Assembly (NCBI GenBank): GCA_963598795.1
Contig: CAVBUY010000001.1
Location: 90,534 to 154,533 of the forward strand
Length of the DNA: 64,000 bases
Source: Alistipes shahii
GTDB lineage: Bacteria > Bacillota_I > Bacilli_A > RFN20 > CAG-826
Direction: 5' to 3'
The notes beneath the pieces are model-generated. The model was not told the origin of the DNA. It did no database searches and was given only the letters and a program-made list of their open reading frames with translations. Below, piece by piece: positions 9,581 to 20,452 of the stretch; the first letter of the stretch is position 1, and each line of letters begins with the position of its first letter. The position numbers and the translations under genes were made by a program.

Positions 9581-12088
9581 TTACGCTCCAATGACCCTAT
9601 AGCCGGCTTTTTCGATCGCTTTAACCAATTTCTCGTCTTTGACGTCTTTTTTCAAAGTCACGACGACTTTGTTGGCGTTACGATCGGCCAAAACCGTTTC
9701 CACGCCATTCACTTTCAACAAAGCTTCTTTAACGTGATTCTCGCAATGTTCGCACATCATTCCTTCGACGTTGAATGTTTTTTCCATTGTTTTATCTCCT
9801 TTTTTCTTTTTCGTTTTTTTAGCGTGATCGTGGCTTTTATTATAAACCTTAACCAAGTTAAGGCGTAATGCGTTAAGAACAACGCAAACGCTAGATAAAG
9901 CCATCGCCGCGGCCCCGATCATCGGGTTCATGGCCCAGCCCCAGAGGAAATAGAAAGCCCCTGCGGCAATAGGTATGCAAATGGCGTTATAGAAGAAAGC
10001 CCAGAAGAGGTTTTCCTTAATGTTTAACAACGCCTTTCTTGAAAGCCTTATCGCAGCCGGAACTGAAGTCAGAGTTTTCCTGCTTAAGACCACTTCTGCC
10101 GATTCTATGGCTATATCTGTCCCCGAGGAAATCCCTATTCCTATATTGGCGGAGGTTAAAGCCGGCGCGTCGTTAATTCCATCCCCGACCATTATGACTT
10201 TGCCTAACTTTTGATAAGAAAGGACCACTTCTTCTTTTTGATTGGGCATAACTTCGGCTATAACCTCTTCTATGCCGACTTTAGAAGCTATCGATTTGGC
10301 CGTTCCATAGCTATCGCCGGTTAGCATTATGGGTTTGATTCCCAATCCTTTTAATTGAGAAATGGCTTCTTTAGCGTCATCCCTAACGGAGTCTGAAATG
10401 GCAAACATCGCCATTAAGATTCCGTTAGATTCCAAAAACACGCAGGTATTGCCTTCTTTTGATAATTCCAATGTTTGATTCTTGATGGTAACGGGAACAA
10501 GGCATCTATCGCTAATGAACTTCAAATTGCCAATCGAATATGTCTTTCCTTCTATTGAAGCGGATATGCCATTCCCGACGAACGTACGATAATCGCTTAA
10601 TTCTTTTAAGTTAACGAAATTGCCGTAATCAACTATCGCTTTGCCTAAAGGATGCTCCGAATTCCCTTCCAAAGAGCAAGCGATAAGCAAAGCGTTCTGA
10701 TCGTTGGAATAATTCTCGAACAAATTTACTTTTGGTATCCCCAAAGTTATCGTTCCGGTCTTATCAAATATGACGAAATCGCATTTTCCGGTTTCTTCTA
10801 TCGCTTCCGCGGTCTTGAAGAGAATGCCGTTTTTTGCCCCTTTCCCAGAAGCCACCATTATAGCTACCGGGGTAGCTAGCCCCAAAGCACAAGGGCAGGC
10901 TATAACTAAGACGGAAATGCCTCTAGCTAAGGCAAAGGCCACCCAACTGGTGTTTATATCCGGAGAGCCTTTGATCCCACCATAAATTAGCCAAGCCGTC
11001 AAAACGATTATCGCTATCAAAATTATCACAGGGACGAATACATAGGACACTTTATCGGCGATTTTGGATATCGGGGCTTTGCTGCTATTGGCGTCGTTCA
11101 CCATTTTGACTATTTGGGATAACGTCGTATCTTCTCCGACTTTGTTGGCTTTGCAGATGACGTATCCAGATTTTAAGATGGTTCCCGAAAATACGTCGCT
11201 TCCCTTGCCTTTGTCATTGGGTATGGATTCGCCAGTCAAAGCCGATTCATCAAAAGAACCTTCGCCTTTTATTATTATTCCGTCTACCGGGACCAAAGAT
11301 CCGGCCTTTAAGACGAATTCGTCACCTAGCTTAACCTCTTCTAACAAAACCTCTTTTTCTTTGCCATCTATCAAGAGAATGGCGGTTTTGGGTGCTAAAT
11401 CCATCAATTCTTTCAAAGCATTGGTGGTCTTTCCTTTGGATAATGATTCCAAGGTCTTTCCTATGGTTATCAAAGCGGGAATCATCGCCGCCGTTTCGAA
11501 ATATAATCCATGCACATATTTCATCGAAAGCGCCATATTCCCATTTCGATGAGCTATGCCGGCCAAAATCGTTATGACCAAAGAATAAATGAATGATGCG
11601 CTGCTCCCCAAAGCCACCAACGAATCCATATTTGGGTGAAGACGGAACAAACTCTTAAATCCCGAAGTGAAGAATTTGTAATTGATGCCCATCACCATCA
11701 AGGCGATTATCATCTCCAAAATCCCCATCCAAAAAGGATTCTCCTCGAATAATGCCGGAACGGGCCACTTCAACATCGTGTGGCCCATCGAGAAATACAT
11801 GAGGATAATCAGCAAAACGAAAGACAAAACCAGTCGCGCTATAAGTTTTTTACTTTCTATGTCTTCGTCTTTTTCCTTGCTGTTGCCATCGTTTGGGCTT
11901 GCCCCATATCCGGCTTTTTTAACCGCTTTGATTATGCTTTCTTCTGAAGCCGTCCCTTCCACTGTCATGGAATTGGTCAAAAGGTTAACCGTGACGGAAG
12001 TGACGCCTTTTACTTTTTCAACCGCCCTTTCGACATGCGCTTGGCATGAGGCGCAAGTCATGCCGGTAACATTAAACTTTTTTGTCAT
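9581..12088 (-). CDS. copA: Cu+-exporting P1B-type ATPase with N-terminal HMA domain and C-terminal fused CopZ-like HMA domain
   Basis: N-terminal GMTCASCQAHVE; CPC motif (ACPCALGLATP); SEHPLG; DKTGT phosphorylation site; C-terminal second MxCxxC domain (VEGMMCEHCENHV). Confidence 0.85.
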   Translation of the reverse strand: MTKKFNVTGMTCASCQAHVERAVEKVKGVTSVTVNLLTNSMTVEGTASEESIIKAVKKAGYGASPNDGNSKEKDEDIESKKLIARLVLSFVLLIILMYFSMGHTMLKWPVPALFEENPFWMGILEMIIALMVMGINYKFFTSGFKSLFRLHPNMDSLVALGSSASFIYSLVITILAGIAHRNGNMALSMKYVHGLYFETAAMIPALITIGKTLESLSKGKTTNALKELMDLAPKTAILLIDGKEKEVLLEEVKLGDEFVLKAGSLVPVDGIIIKGEGSFDESALTGESIPNDKGKGSDVFSGTILKSGYVICKANKVGEDTTLSQIVKMVNDANSSKAPISKIADKVSYVFVPVIILIAIIVLTAWLIYGGIKGSPDINTSWVAFALARGISVLVIACPCALGLATPVAIMVASGKGAKNGILFKTAEAIEETGKCDFVIFDKTGTITLGIPKVNLFENYSNDQNALLIACSLEGNSEHPLGKAIVDYGNFVNLKELSDYRTFVGNGISASIEGKTYSIGNLKFISDRCLVPVTIKNQTLELSKEGNTCVFLESNGILMAMFAISDSVRDDAKEAISQLKGLGIKPIMLTGDSYGTAKSIASKVGIEEVIAEVMPNQKEEVVLSYQKLGKVIMVGDGINDAPALTSANIGIGISSGTDIAIESAEVVLSRKTLTSVPAAIRLSRKALLNIKENLFWAFFYNAICIPIAAGAFYFLWGWAMNPMIGAAAMALSSVCVVLNALRLNLVKVYNKSHDHAKKTKKKKGDKTMEKTFNVEGMMCEHCENHVKEALLKVNGVETVLADRNANKVVVTLKKDVKDEKLVKAIEKAGYRVIGA

Positions 12089-12092
12089 AATC

Positions 12093-12392
12093 TTATTTCA
12101 TCAGCTTTTCCAGCAAGTCGGACAATTCGTTCAAGGAATCCTCCGAGCCTTCTTTGACGTCGTTATAAACGCACGAATGCATATGCGAGGTTATCAGTTC
12201 CTTATTTAAAGAATTCAAGGCGTTCTGGGCCGCTGAGACTTGTCTTATGATCTCCACGCAATAAACGTTGTCTTCTAACATTTTCTTTATACCCCGCACT
12301 TGCCCTTCGATGCGTGAGCATCTATCTAACAATCTCTTTAATTCTTTTTCGCTTCTAGCGGTTTTTCTTTCGCACATCGGACAATGTTCCAT
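12093..12392 (-). CDS. csoR: CsoR/RcnR-family copper-sensing transcriptional repressor
   Basis: MEHCPMCERK…RIEGQVRGIKKMLEDNVYCVEIIRQVSAAQNAL…HMHSCV. ORF-track start trimmed to the ATG at 12390-12392. Immediately upstream of copA. Confidence 0.7.
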   Translation of the reverse strand: MEHCPMCERKTARSEKELKRLLDRCSRIEGQVRGIKKMLEDNVYCVEIIRQVSAAQNALNSLNKELITSHMHSCVYNDVKEGSEDSLNELSDLLEKLMK

Positions 12393-12440
12393 AATATTTA
12401 CCTCGTCTAGAATATACCCCCTATAGGTATATATTAGCAA

Positions 12441-12485
12441 GCAAAATAAAACGTCTTATCGCATCAAATATCGAGGATAAGACGT
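12441..12485 (-). terminator. Rho-independent terminator downstream of trpS
   Basis: Stem acgtcttatc/gataagacgt (12451-60 / 12476-85) followed by a U-run on the minus strand. Confidence 0.5.
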
Positions 12486-12490
12486 TATTT

Positions 12491-13645
12491 CTATTTCTTT
12501 TGTTTAGCTAAGAAGGCCGCCAATTTCTCTTCTTCTTCGTGTTTCTTTTTGAAAGCCTTGGATTGTTTTTCGATCATTTTGCGGTTGTTGAAGTAATCTA
12601 CTCCCAACGCCCTTCTTACGCGAATGACGGTCTGGTGGGCTTTCTCCTCCGCCTTTTTTGAACCTTCCGATAAGATTTCGTAAATGGCGGGAATGTCTTT
12701 TTCCAATTCGTGACGTTTTTTCCTTATCGGATCCAAAATGTCATTTAGAACGTTGGCCAAGAATTTCTTCACGGTAACGTCTCCCAATCCACCACGTTCA
12801 TAATGGGCCTTCAATTCATCGAGATTTTTATATTCAGGAAGATATTTGGCGAAATGCTCGTCAGTCACGAACGCTTCCAAATAAATGAAGACAGGATTGT
12901 TTTCGGTGTGTCCAGGATCATTGATGTTTAGATGCGTCTCATCGGTATACATCGACATGACTTTTTTGCTAACCGTTTTTTCATCGTCCGAAAGGTAAAT
13001 GCAGTTGCCTAACGATTTGGACATTTTGGCTTTCCCATCCGTGCCTGGCAAACGCCTGGCGTATTCCTTTTCGGAAAGCTTTATCTCCGGTTCTACCAAT
13101 GTCTCGCCATAAAGGCTATTGAATTTATGAACGATTTCATTGGCTTGTTCGATCATCGGCTTTTGATCTTCGCCCGCTGGGACCACGGTCGCGTCAAAGG
13201 CCACGATATCCGCGGTTTGGGAAACTGGATAAGCCAAAAATCCGGCCGGGATGGAATCGGAGAAGCCACGGCTTACGAGTTCGGATTTAACAGTTGGGTT
13301 CCTTTCCAAACGGGATACCGTCACCAAATCCATGAAATAAGAGGTGAGTTCAAATAATTCCGGTATGGCTGATTGAACGAATATGGTGACTTTTTCCGGG
13401 TCCAAGCCTGCCGAAAGGTAATCCAAGGCAACCTCGATGACATTGTCCCTTACTTTCTGAGGGACTCCAAAATTGTCCGTCAAGGCTTGGGTGTCGGCGA
13501 TCATCACGTACATTTCGTCGAAATCGCCGCTATTTTGTAGTTCAACCCTATTTCTCAAAGAGCCGACGTAATGACCCAAATGCAATCTGCCCGTCGGACG
13601 GTCTCCGGTCAACATTATCTTTTTCTTTTGTTCGTTCATACTCAT
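12491..13645 (-). CDS. trpS: Tryptophanyl-tRNA synthetase
   Basis: HIGH-type motif TGRLHLGHYVG and KMSKS motif. Lys-rich C-terminal extension. No T-box found in the short upstream region. Confidence 0.85.
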   Translation of the reverse strand: MSMNEQKKKIMLTGDRPTGRLHLGHYVGSLRNRVELQNSGDFDEMYVMIADTQALTDNFGVPQKVRDNVIEVALDYLSAGLDPEKVTIFVQSAIPELFELTSYFMDLVTVSRLERNPTVKSELVSRGFSDSIPAGFLAYPVSQTADIVAFDATVVPAGEDQKPMIEQANEIVHKFNSLYGETLVEPEIKLSEKEYARRLPGTDGKAKMSKSLGNCIYLSDDEKTVSKKVMSMYTDETHLNINDPGHTENNPVFIYLEAFVTDEHFAKYLPEYKNLDELKAHYERGGLGDVTVKKFLANVLNDILDPIRKKRHELEKDIPAIYEILSEGSKKAEEKAHQTVIRVRRALGVDYFNNRKMIEKQSKAFKKKHEEEEKLAAFLAKQKK

Positions 13646-13794
13646 TTACCTATCGATAGTTTTCCTATTTAAAAAATAGAAATCCAAATTTCAACGCATT
13701 TTACACTATACCATCTAATTTCTTTCATTTGTTAGAAATTGGTTGCAGTGCGCCTTTTTGCAACTATAATCTTCTCGGATTGTAAGCGTTTACA

Positions 13795-15939
13795 ATGCTA
13801 CTTAGGGAGGGAAGATACTTTATGCATCTCCTATCAAATTTCTTCGAAAGCAATCTAGTCGTTTTGATTGTCACCGGCATATCGATCATCGGCTTGATTT
13901 ACGCTTTGGTGTTCCTTCGCCGAAGGATAAAGAAAGCCGATTTGACAGATCCTAAAATGATCGAGATCCAAAAATACATCCGCGAGGGTGCCATGGCTTT
14001 CTTGAAACGCGAATACGTGACTTTGTCCATATTCACGGTCGTTTTATTCATCGCCATTTGCTTTGGCGTCAACTGGCAAACCGCCGTTTGTTTCTTAGGT
14101 GGAGCCATATTCTCAGCCCTAGCCGGATTCATAGGCATGCGCTCCGCCACCAATGCCAACGCCAAAACGGCAGAAGCTGCCAGACGCGGCGGAATGAACG
14201 CGGCTTTAAAAATCGCCTTTTCCGGCGGCGCGATCATGGGATTATGCGTCGTTGGTTTGGGTTTGGGCGGACTTTCTGCTTTATTTGCTATTTTCCAATG
14301 GTCTGAACCGGATTTGATTTCGACCTCCAACATCATTACCGGTTTTGGTCTTGGGGCTAGTTCCATAGCCCTCTTCTCCAGGGTCGGCGGCGGTATTTAC
14401 ACCAAAGCCGCCGACGTTGGAGCGGACTTGGTCGGCAAAGTCGAAGCCGGCATTCCCGAAGACGACCCACGTAACCCCGCCACCATTGCCGATAACGTAG
14501 GCGATAACGTAGGCGACGTCGCTGGCATGGGCGCCGATTTGTTTGAATCTTACGTCGGTGCCATCATCTCCGCCGTTTCCTTAGGTGCTTACCTAATCGA
14601 AGGAAATTCCGACTTTAGCAACGCCTATATCGTCTATCCGATATTGCTTTCTGGTGTAGGAATCGTCGCCTCCATAATTGGTTCTTTGTTCGTGCGTGGC
14701 AAAAACGATCCTTCGAAAGCCCTCAAAGTCGGCACTTACGTCGCTTCTGGGATCGTAGTCATCGGCTCATTGGCTTTAAGCATGGCTTATTTCGGAGTCA
14801 AAGACTTCTATAAAACCTTCTGTTCCGTTTTGATCGGATTGTTGGTTGGCGTCATCATCGGCATCGTCACCGAGATTTATACTTCCGACAAATATCGTCA
14901 CGTCAAAAAGATTTGCAAACAATCAGAAACCGGCAGCGCCACCAACATCATCGGCGGCTTATCGGTTGGCATGATGTCAACGCTATTCCCCATATTGTTG
15001 ATATGCGTTGCCATATTGGTCGCATATTTCGTCTGTGGAGGAAACTATAATAGCACCTTTGGCGTCTATGGCATTGCCTTGGCCGCGGTCGGCATGCTTA
15101 GCACAACCGGCATAACCATTGCGGTAGACGCTTATGGGCCTATCGCCGACAATGCCGGCGGCATAGCCGAAATGAGCGGACAAGATGAATCCGTGCGCGC
15201 CATTACTGACGAATTGGATTCGGTTGGAAATACCACCGCCGCCATGGGCAAAGGATTTGCCATTGGCAGCGCGGCTCTTACTTCTTTGGCCTTATTCGTT
15301 ACCTTCATTTTCGCTTTCAATGCCGAAACGACGGGAGTTGATATCACCATCGAGCTCAATTTGGCTTCCCCATTAGTAATCGTCGGATTGCTCATCGGCG
15401 GCATGTTGCCATTCTTGTTCTCCGCCTTAACGATGTCTAGTGTCGGAAAGGCTGCCAATCAGATGATTGATGAAGTCCGTAGGCAATTTAAGGTTCCAGG
15501 AGTGTTAGAAGGAACCGTTAAGCCTGATTATGCGAAATGCGTCGACATCTCCACCAAAGCGTCCTTAAAGGAAATGATAATTCCGGGCGTATTGGCCATC
15601 ATCGTCCCTTTGTTGGTTGGCATATTCCTAGGTTATGAAGGGTTGGCGGGATTACTTGGCGGCTCTTTAGTCACTGGCGTATTGCTTGCCATATTCATGT
15701 CCAACTCCGGCGGAGCGTGGGACAATGCCAAAAAATGGTTTGAGGCCCATGGCTTAAAAGGCACGGACGCCCATAAGGCCGCGGTAGTGGGCGATACGGT
15801 CGGAGACCCATTCAAGGACACTGCCGGACCTTCCATCAATATCCTCATCAAATTGATGACTATCGTTTCGTTGGTCTTTGTCCCTATGTTCTATCTCATC
15901 GCCGAAGGGCGAGGGCTCTTGGGAATGATTGGGAAATAA
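13795..15939 (+). CDS. hppA: Membrane-bound proton/sodium-translocating pyrophosphatase (V-type H+-PPase)
   Basis: 714 aa polytopic protein with the DNVGDNVGD signature and GGxxAxxGxxxxA loops. Confidence 0.9.
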   Translation: MLLREGRYFMHLLSNFFESNLVVLIVTGISIIGLIYALVFLRRRIKKADLTDPKMIEIQKYIREGAMAFLKREYVTLSIFTVVLFIAICFGVNWQTAVCFLGGAIFSALAGFIGMRSATNANAKTAEAARRGGMNAALKIAFSGGAIMGLCVVGLGLGGLSALFAIFQWSEPDLISTSNIITGFGLGASSIALFSRVGGGIYTKAADVGADLVGKVEAGIPEDDPRNPATIADNVGDNVGDVAGMGADLFESYVGAIISAVSLGAYLIEGNSDFSNAYIVYPILLSGVGIVASIIGSLFVRGKNDPSKALKVGTYVASGIVVIGSLALSMAYFGVKDFYKTFCSVLIGLLVGVIIGIVTEIYTSDKYRHVKKICKQSETGSATNIIGGLSVGMMSTLFPILLICVAILVAYFVCGGNYNSTFGVYGIALAAVGMLSTTGITIAVDAYGPIADNAGGIAEMSGQDESVRAITDELDSVGNTTAAMGKGFAIGSAALTSLALFVTFIFAFNAETTGVDITIELNLASPLVIVGLLIGGMLPFLFSALTMSSVGKAANQMIDEVRRQFKVPGVLEGTVKPDYAKCVDISTKASLKEMIIPGVLAIIVPLLVGIFLGYEGLAGLLGGSLVTGVLLAIFMSNSGGAWDNAKKWFEAHGLKGTDAHKAAVVGDTVGDPFKDTAGPSINILIKLMTIVSLVFVPMFYLIAEGRGLLGMIGK

Positions 15940-15955
15940 GCATCAAACAAAGATG

Positions 15956-15990
15956 AGCGTGGCCTTATATCGGCCACGCTTTTTTGTTTT
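15956..15990 (+). terminator. Rho-independent terminator after hppA
   Basis: agcgtggcc-ttatatc-ggccacgct hairpin followed by T8. Confidence 0.6.
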
Positions 15991-16055
15991 TTTCACATCA
16001 TTTTGTATTTATTCGTATTTTCGTGTATAGTTTTGAATGAAAGAGGTGATGCAAA

Positions 16056-16424
16056 TTGATAACTTGGTTTAGCAACAAGGATAAAGAAGGCGTTGCGTCA
16101 TTGAACAAGAATTGCATAAGCTTGAATTCGGCGGCGTCTTTGCCTTTCGAATGCGCTTATCGCGTTCAAGTCGGGGTGGATTCGGACAACAACATCGTGA
16201 TCGAAGCCTTAAGCAGAGACAAAGTGGAAACCGGGAAATATGACGAAAGCCGATTGTTAAAACCCCAAGTGGCGAAAACCTTCACCAGGATTTCATCAAG
16301 GGATCTTATGAAAGCGTTGGGAGATATGATTAGCCATAACTTCGGGGATGAAGTCGAAAAATACCCGACTTCCTATGACGAGAAGTCTTCGCGTCTCATC
16401 ATTAAATACGGAGGGAATAAATAA
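16056..16424 (+). CDS. Hypothetical protein (TTG start with AGAGGTGA SD)
   Basis: 122 aa ORF with a good SD, immediately upstream of the nfeD-SPFH pair; no recognisable domain. Confidence 0.45.
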   Translation: MITWFSNKDKEGVASLNKNCISLNSAASLPFECAYRVQVGVDSDNNIVIEALSRDKVETGKYDESRLLKPQVAKTFTRISSRDLMKALGDMISHNFGDEVEKYPTSYDEKSSRLIIKYGGNK

Positions 16425-16876
16425 TGGACATGTGGATTATTTGGCTGGTGGTAATGGTCCTCGGGGTCATTATCGAAGCCATTGGGCCGGGATTGGTATC
16501 CATTTGGTTCTCAGCCGGGGCGTTAATAGCTTTAGCCATATCGTTTATCCCAGGGTGCGAATGGTGGATCCAATTGATCGTGTTTGCGATCGTGACGGTG
16601 ATTTGTTGCTTGGCATTGAGGCCATTTATGAAGAAATTCGTCAAAAAAGACACCGTTTCATCCAATTCCGATGCCTTAATCGGGGAAATTGGTATTACAC
16701 TTGAAGAAATCACCGACACCAAGCCCGGGGAAATGAAAATATCCGGGTCTATATGGCACGCCCTATCTTCAAAAGACGGAGAAAAGATAGAGGCTAATTC
16801 CAAAGTCAAAGTGATTAGGATAACCGGCAACAAACTGATTGTCGAAAAAGTTGAAAAAGAAGGAGAACAACAATGA
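16424..16876 (+). CDS. NfeD-family membrane protein (short form, OB-fold C-terminus)
   Basis: N-terminal TM helices and a C-terminal OB-fold (GEMKISGSIWHALS…VKVIRITGNKLIV). Overlaps the downstream SPFH gene start. Confidence 0.75.
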   Translation: MDMWIIWLVVMVLGVIIEAIGPGLVSIWFSAGALIALAISFIPGCEWWIQLIVFAIVTVICCLALRPFMKKFVKKDTVSSNSDALIGEIGITLEEITDTKPGEMKISGSIWHALSSKDGEKIEANSKVKVIRITGNKLIVEKVEKEGEQQ

Positions 16877-17820
16877 TATTAGCATTAACCGCCGGCGCGC
16901 TCGCTGGCATAATCGTGGCGGCTGTAGTCCTATTGGTATTGATTATCATCATTTCCAATTTGAAGGTCGTTCGACAAACTGACAAATACATCGTCGAAAG
17001 GCTCGGGGCCTACAAATCGACTTTGAATGTAGGCATACATTTGATCGCCCCATTCTTAGATAGGGTCGCCTATCGCGTTTCGATGAAGGAACAAGTTAAG
17101 GATTTCGAGCCTCAATCAGTCATCACCAAAGACAATGTCACCATGCAAATTGACACCGTCATCTTCTTTCAAGTTACCGACCCTAAGTTATATGCCTATG
17201 GCGTGGATAACCCCATAACCGCCATCGAATATCTTTCCGCCACAACAATAAGAAACATAATCGGCGAATTGGATTTGGACGCCACATTGACTTCCAGAGA
17301 CATCATTAACGAGAAGATGAGAAAAATATTGGATGAGGCCACCGATCCTTGGGGTATAAAAGTAAATCGCGTCGAAGTAAAGAACATCCTTCCTCCGAAA
17401 GACATCAGGGACGCCATGGAACGTCAGATGAGAGCCGAGCGCGAAAAGAGGGAAAAGATCTTGCTTGCCGAAGGTCAAAAGCAGTCAGCCATTTTGGTGG
17501 CGGAGGGCGAAAAGGCCTCTATGTTGCTCAATGCCGAAGCTCAAAAAGAAGCCAAAATATTGGCGGCCGAAGCGGAAGCCGAATCGGTGAGAAAGGTCAA
17601 AGAAGCGGAAGCGGACGGCATAAGAGCCATCAGAGAAGCCGAAAAGACCGGTCTTAAGGAATTGAAGGAAGCTGGGGCAGACGAAAGCGTATTGAAGCTC
17701 CGTTACTACGAAACCTTAGCTAAGGTCGCGGATGGAAAAGCCACAAAGATCTTCATTCCCGAAAACCTCTCCGGCATCGCCTCCATCGCCCAAGTTTTCT
17801 CTGAAGTAAAAAAGGACTAA
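16873..17820 (+). CDS. SPFH/band-7 (stomatin/prohibitin-like) protein
   Basis: N-terminal TM, SPFH core and a C-terminal AEAEK coiled coil. Classic nfeD-SPFH operon. Confidence 0.85.
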   Translation: MILALTAGALAGIIVAAVVLLVLIIIISNLKVVRQTDKYIVERLGAYKSTLNVGIHLIAPFLDRVAYRVSMKEQVKDFEPQSVITKDNVTMQIDTVIFFQVTDPKLYAYGVDNPITAIEYLSATTIRNIIGELDLDATLTSRDIINEKMRKILDEATDPWGIKVNRVEVKNILPPKDIRDAMERQMRAEREKREKILLAEGQKQSAILVAEGEKASMLLNAEAQKEAKILAAEAEAESVRKVKEAEADGIRAIREAEKTGLKELKEAGADESVLKLRYYETLAKVADGKATKIFIPENLSGIASIAQVFSEVKKD

Positions 17821-17831
17821 AGCACGAATCT

Positions 17832-17862
17832 AACAGGCTCAACCACGAGCCTGTTTTCTTTT
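17832..17862 (+). terminator. Rho-independent terminator after the SPFH gene
   Basis: aacaggctc…gagcctgtt hairpin followed by a T-run. Confidence 0.55.
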
Positions 17863-17926
17863 GTCTCTCTTTTTAGAAAGTTTTTAATGAATGAAAGCCA
17901 TTGAAGATTATAATTAATAATCGTCA

Positions 17927-20452
17927 ATGATAGAGGTTAAAAACGTAACTAAAAAATATGTTTCCAAAAACAAAAAGGAGACTTTGGCCTTAAAAAACGT
18001 CAGTTTCGTTTTACCGGATAAAGGCTTTGTTTACGCTTTGGGGAAATCCGGAAGCGGCAAATCGACATTATTGAATCTTCTCGGCTATTTGGACACTCCT
18101 ACCGATGGAGAAATAATCATCGACGGGAAATCGTTTAAGGATTTTTCCAAAACCGACATCGATTATTTCCGTTCGACCTATTGCGGCTTCATCTTCCAAG
18201 ATTACCAGCTCATAAACGAATTGACGGTCAGAGAAAACATTTCTTTGTCCTTGGATATCAAAAACGACTCAAACAAAAAAGAGGAACGGGTTTCCTCGTT
18301 GATGAAGGATTTGGAAATCGAAGAATACGCGAACAAATATCCATATGAGCTTTCTGGCGGGCAAAAACAAAGGGTTGGCATAGCTAGGGCGTTGATAAAG
18401 AAACCAAAGGTCATTCTATGCGATGAGCCAACCGGAAACTTGGATAAGGAAACCAGCAAGGCCATTCTCGATCTTCTTAAGAAAGCCAGCAAAGATTGTC
18501 TGGTTTTCATGGTCAGCCACGACTATGACTCATCCATTATTTATGCGGATAGGCGTATAGTCTTGTCTTTCGGAGAGATAGAAAAAGACGAAATAAGAAG
18601 AGATGGATATTTTAATGAATTCAAGATAATCGATAGGAAAGCCTATATCCCTTTTAGAAGAGAGGTGGCCAAAGAAGATTTGGAAATACTATCTGTTAAG
18701 GCCAAAAACGGGGAAATCGATCAAATAATCCAAATAGATGAGGGATTTGTTCCTTTTAAGGAAGAGGGAAACGTCACATCCCGTACATATGAATCCAGAT
18801 ATCTGTCATTAAGCTCGAACATAAGGAAGAATTTGTCGAAAAAATATATTTTGTCGGGAAAAAAGACATCGATATTCCAAACTTTGGGACATTCGTTGCT
18901 GATTATCCTTTTTATTCTCATCCAATCCTTTATTAGTTTTGAGCCGAGCGAACTGTATTTCGAAAACAACGATTATACGACCCAAAAGTACGCGGTCGTT
19001 TCCAATATCGAGAACGTAAACAAAGAAGAGGAAAATTTCAATTATTTCAAACCTTTTGAAAATGAAGAAAGCGAAGGATTGTTCGATGAGGTTGAAAGCT
19101 TTGATATCATAAACCACACCATTTCATACGACGCCTCAAAACTAGCTTATGTCACCGAAATGAATCGCATGGCCAACTCCTTGAAGAATTATGTCAATGT
19201 CCATGGCTTTTATTCTTCTTGCACCCTAGGGACCGCCATCGTAAACAAAGAATTCCTTAACAAAACTTTCTCTGAAGGCGAAGAATGTATCGTGTTAGCG
19301 GGTTCTTTGGAGAATTTGGATGATGAAAACTCCACAAAGCTAATCATAACCGACTACGCGGCAGATTCGATAATCGATACTTTCTTAAGCGTTAAAGACC
19401 TAACATACGACGACTTAATCGGCAATTTCAAAGGCTATAGTTCACATAATGCCGGGATAGTCGGTTTTTCAAACGCCGCAATCGGAGCCATCATAAAGAC
19501 AGATTACAAAACCAAATACGCGGATTTGATAGAACAATACGAAAAGATAAAAAACGACAACTTCCCGATTGATGATCTAACGGATTTTGCTTCTAGCGAA
19601 GAATATGCCGAATATTTCTCCGACATATATAACGGAGAGTTGGCCCTTTCTTATTCTTTGAATCCCTCTTTCTATAATGCCATTAAAGAAAAAGGCGACC
19701 CATCGAAACAAATGATCTATTTGGGAGGCTTGTTCTTCTCTTCGGACACCATGGCCTCTTCAGACGATAGGCAATTCTCTTTGACCGACAGATACAATTA
19801 CGGGCCGTCTTTGAAATTGGATTCCAAATACGATAATGAATACGCGATATCCATAACCGCGGATTATTACGACAAACTCTGCATTCAATATAAGAAAAAC
19901 AGCCTGATTGGCGAAACTATCTATATCATCAAAACCTTAGATCAAACTATCGATGGGGAAGTCGTGGATATGGTCCCGCTAAAAATAGTCGGAAGAAACA
20001 ACGGAGCTTCATTAGTCAACGAAAAAACCCTAAATAGACTCAATTCGATGCAGGCTATGAAAATCGGGAAATTGATACCGATGTACGATGATAGCGCCAT
20101 GTACACATTGCAATCCTCCATCAATAAAGGATTGTCTATTTGGAACATCGACAATTCCGTATATAGCGTGATAACCTCTAGCTTAAATGTCTTCCATAGC
20201 TTGTTCTTAACGATTGAAATAGTAGTCGTTGTGGTTTTGTTCGGCTGGATATTGCTTTCTTCCATATTGAATATTAAAAAGAACAAATACCAAATCGGCG
20301 TTTATAAGTCATTGGGGATGAACGATGGCGACATAATGGTTTTGTTCTTGTCGAAAAAACCTCATATTGGGCGCGTCGTCTTTAATTTTGACCAGCTTAT
20401 TGGCCTACCCGTTCTTTGCCTTGGCCAATTATCTAGTTTCGGCAAGCTATAA
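17927..20452 (+). CDS. Fused ABC transporter ATPase / FtsX-family permease (MacB-type), frame-disrupted near the 3' end
   Basis: N-terminal NBD (GKSGSGKST, LSGGQKQRVGIARAL, Walker B ILCDEPTGNLD). TM1 near residue 320, an extracytoplasmic domain of about 400 aa, and an FtsX TM bundle. The ORF ends at 20452 after an A6 run (20354-20359). Confidence 0.8.
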   Translation: MIEVKNVTKKYVSKNKKETLALKNVSFVLPDKGFVYALGKSGSGKSTLLNLLGYLDTPTDGEIIIDGKSFKDFSKTDIDYFRSTYCGFIFQDYQLINELTVRENISLSLDIKNDSNKKEERVSSLMKDLEIEEYANKYPYELSGGQKQRVGIARALIKKPKVILCDEPTGNLDKETSKAILDLLKKASKDCLVFMVSHDYDSSIIYADRRIVLSFGEIEKDEIRRDGYFNEFKIIDRKAYIPFRREVAKEDLEILSVKAKNGEIDQIIQIDEGFVPFKEEGNVTSRTYESRYLSLSSNIRKNLSKKYILSGKKTSIFQTLGHSLLIILFILIQSFISFEPSELYFENNDYTTQKYAVVSNIENVNKEEENFNYFKPFENEESEGLFDEVESFDIINHTISYDASKLAYVTEMNRMANSLKNYVNVHGFYSSCTLGTAIVNKEFLNKTFSEGEECIVLAGSLENLDDENSTKLIITDYAADSIIDTFLSVKDLTYDDLIGNFKGYSSHNAGIVGFSNAAIGAIIKTDYKTKYADLIEQYEKIKNDNFPIDDLTDFASSEEYAEYFSDIYNGELALSYSLNPSFYNAIKEKGDPSKQMIYLGGLFFSSDTMASSDDRQFSLTDRYNYGPSLKLDSKYDNEYAISITADYYDKLCIQYKKNSLIGETIYIIKTLDQTIDGEVVDMVPLKIVGRNNGASLVNEKTLNRLNSMQAMKIGKLIPMYDDSAMYTLQSSINKGLSIWNIDNSVYSVITSSLNVFHSLFLTIEIVVVVVLFGWILLSSILNIKKNKYQIGVYKSLGMNDGDIMVLFLSKKPHIGRVVFNFDQLIGLPVLCLGQLSSFGKL

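Noticed and set aside
13646-13794. Possible T-box leader upstream of trpS
   Set aside because: Only about 150 bp shared with divergent hppA. No GGTGG-containing T-box or antiterminator sequence on the trpS strand.
14479-14520. Tandem GATAACGTAGGC repeat
   Set aside because: Encodes the conserved DNVGDNVGD motif of H+-pyrophosphatases; functional protein sequence, not a repeat element.
17349-17657. 102-aa Arg/Ser/Gly-rich + strand ORF
   Set aside because: Alternative-frame artefact of the AEAEK coiled-coil-encoding repeats inside the SPFH gene.
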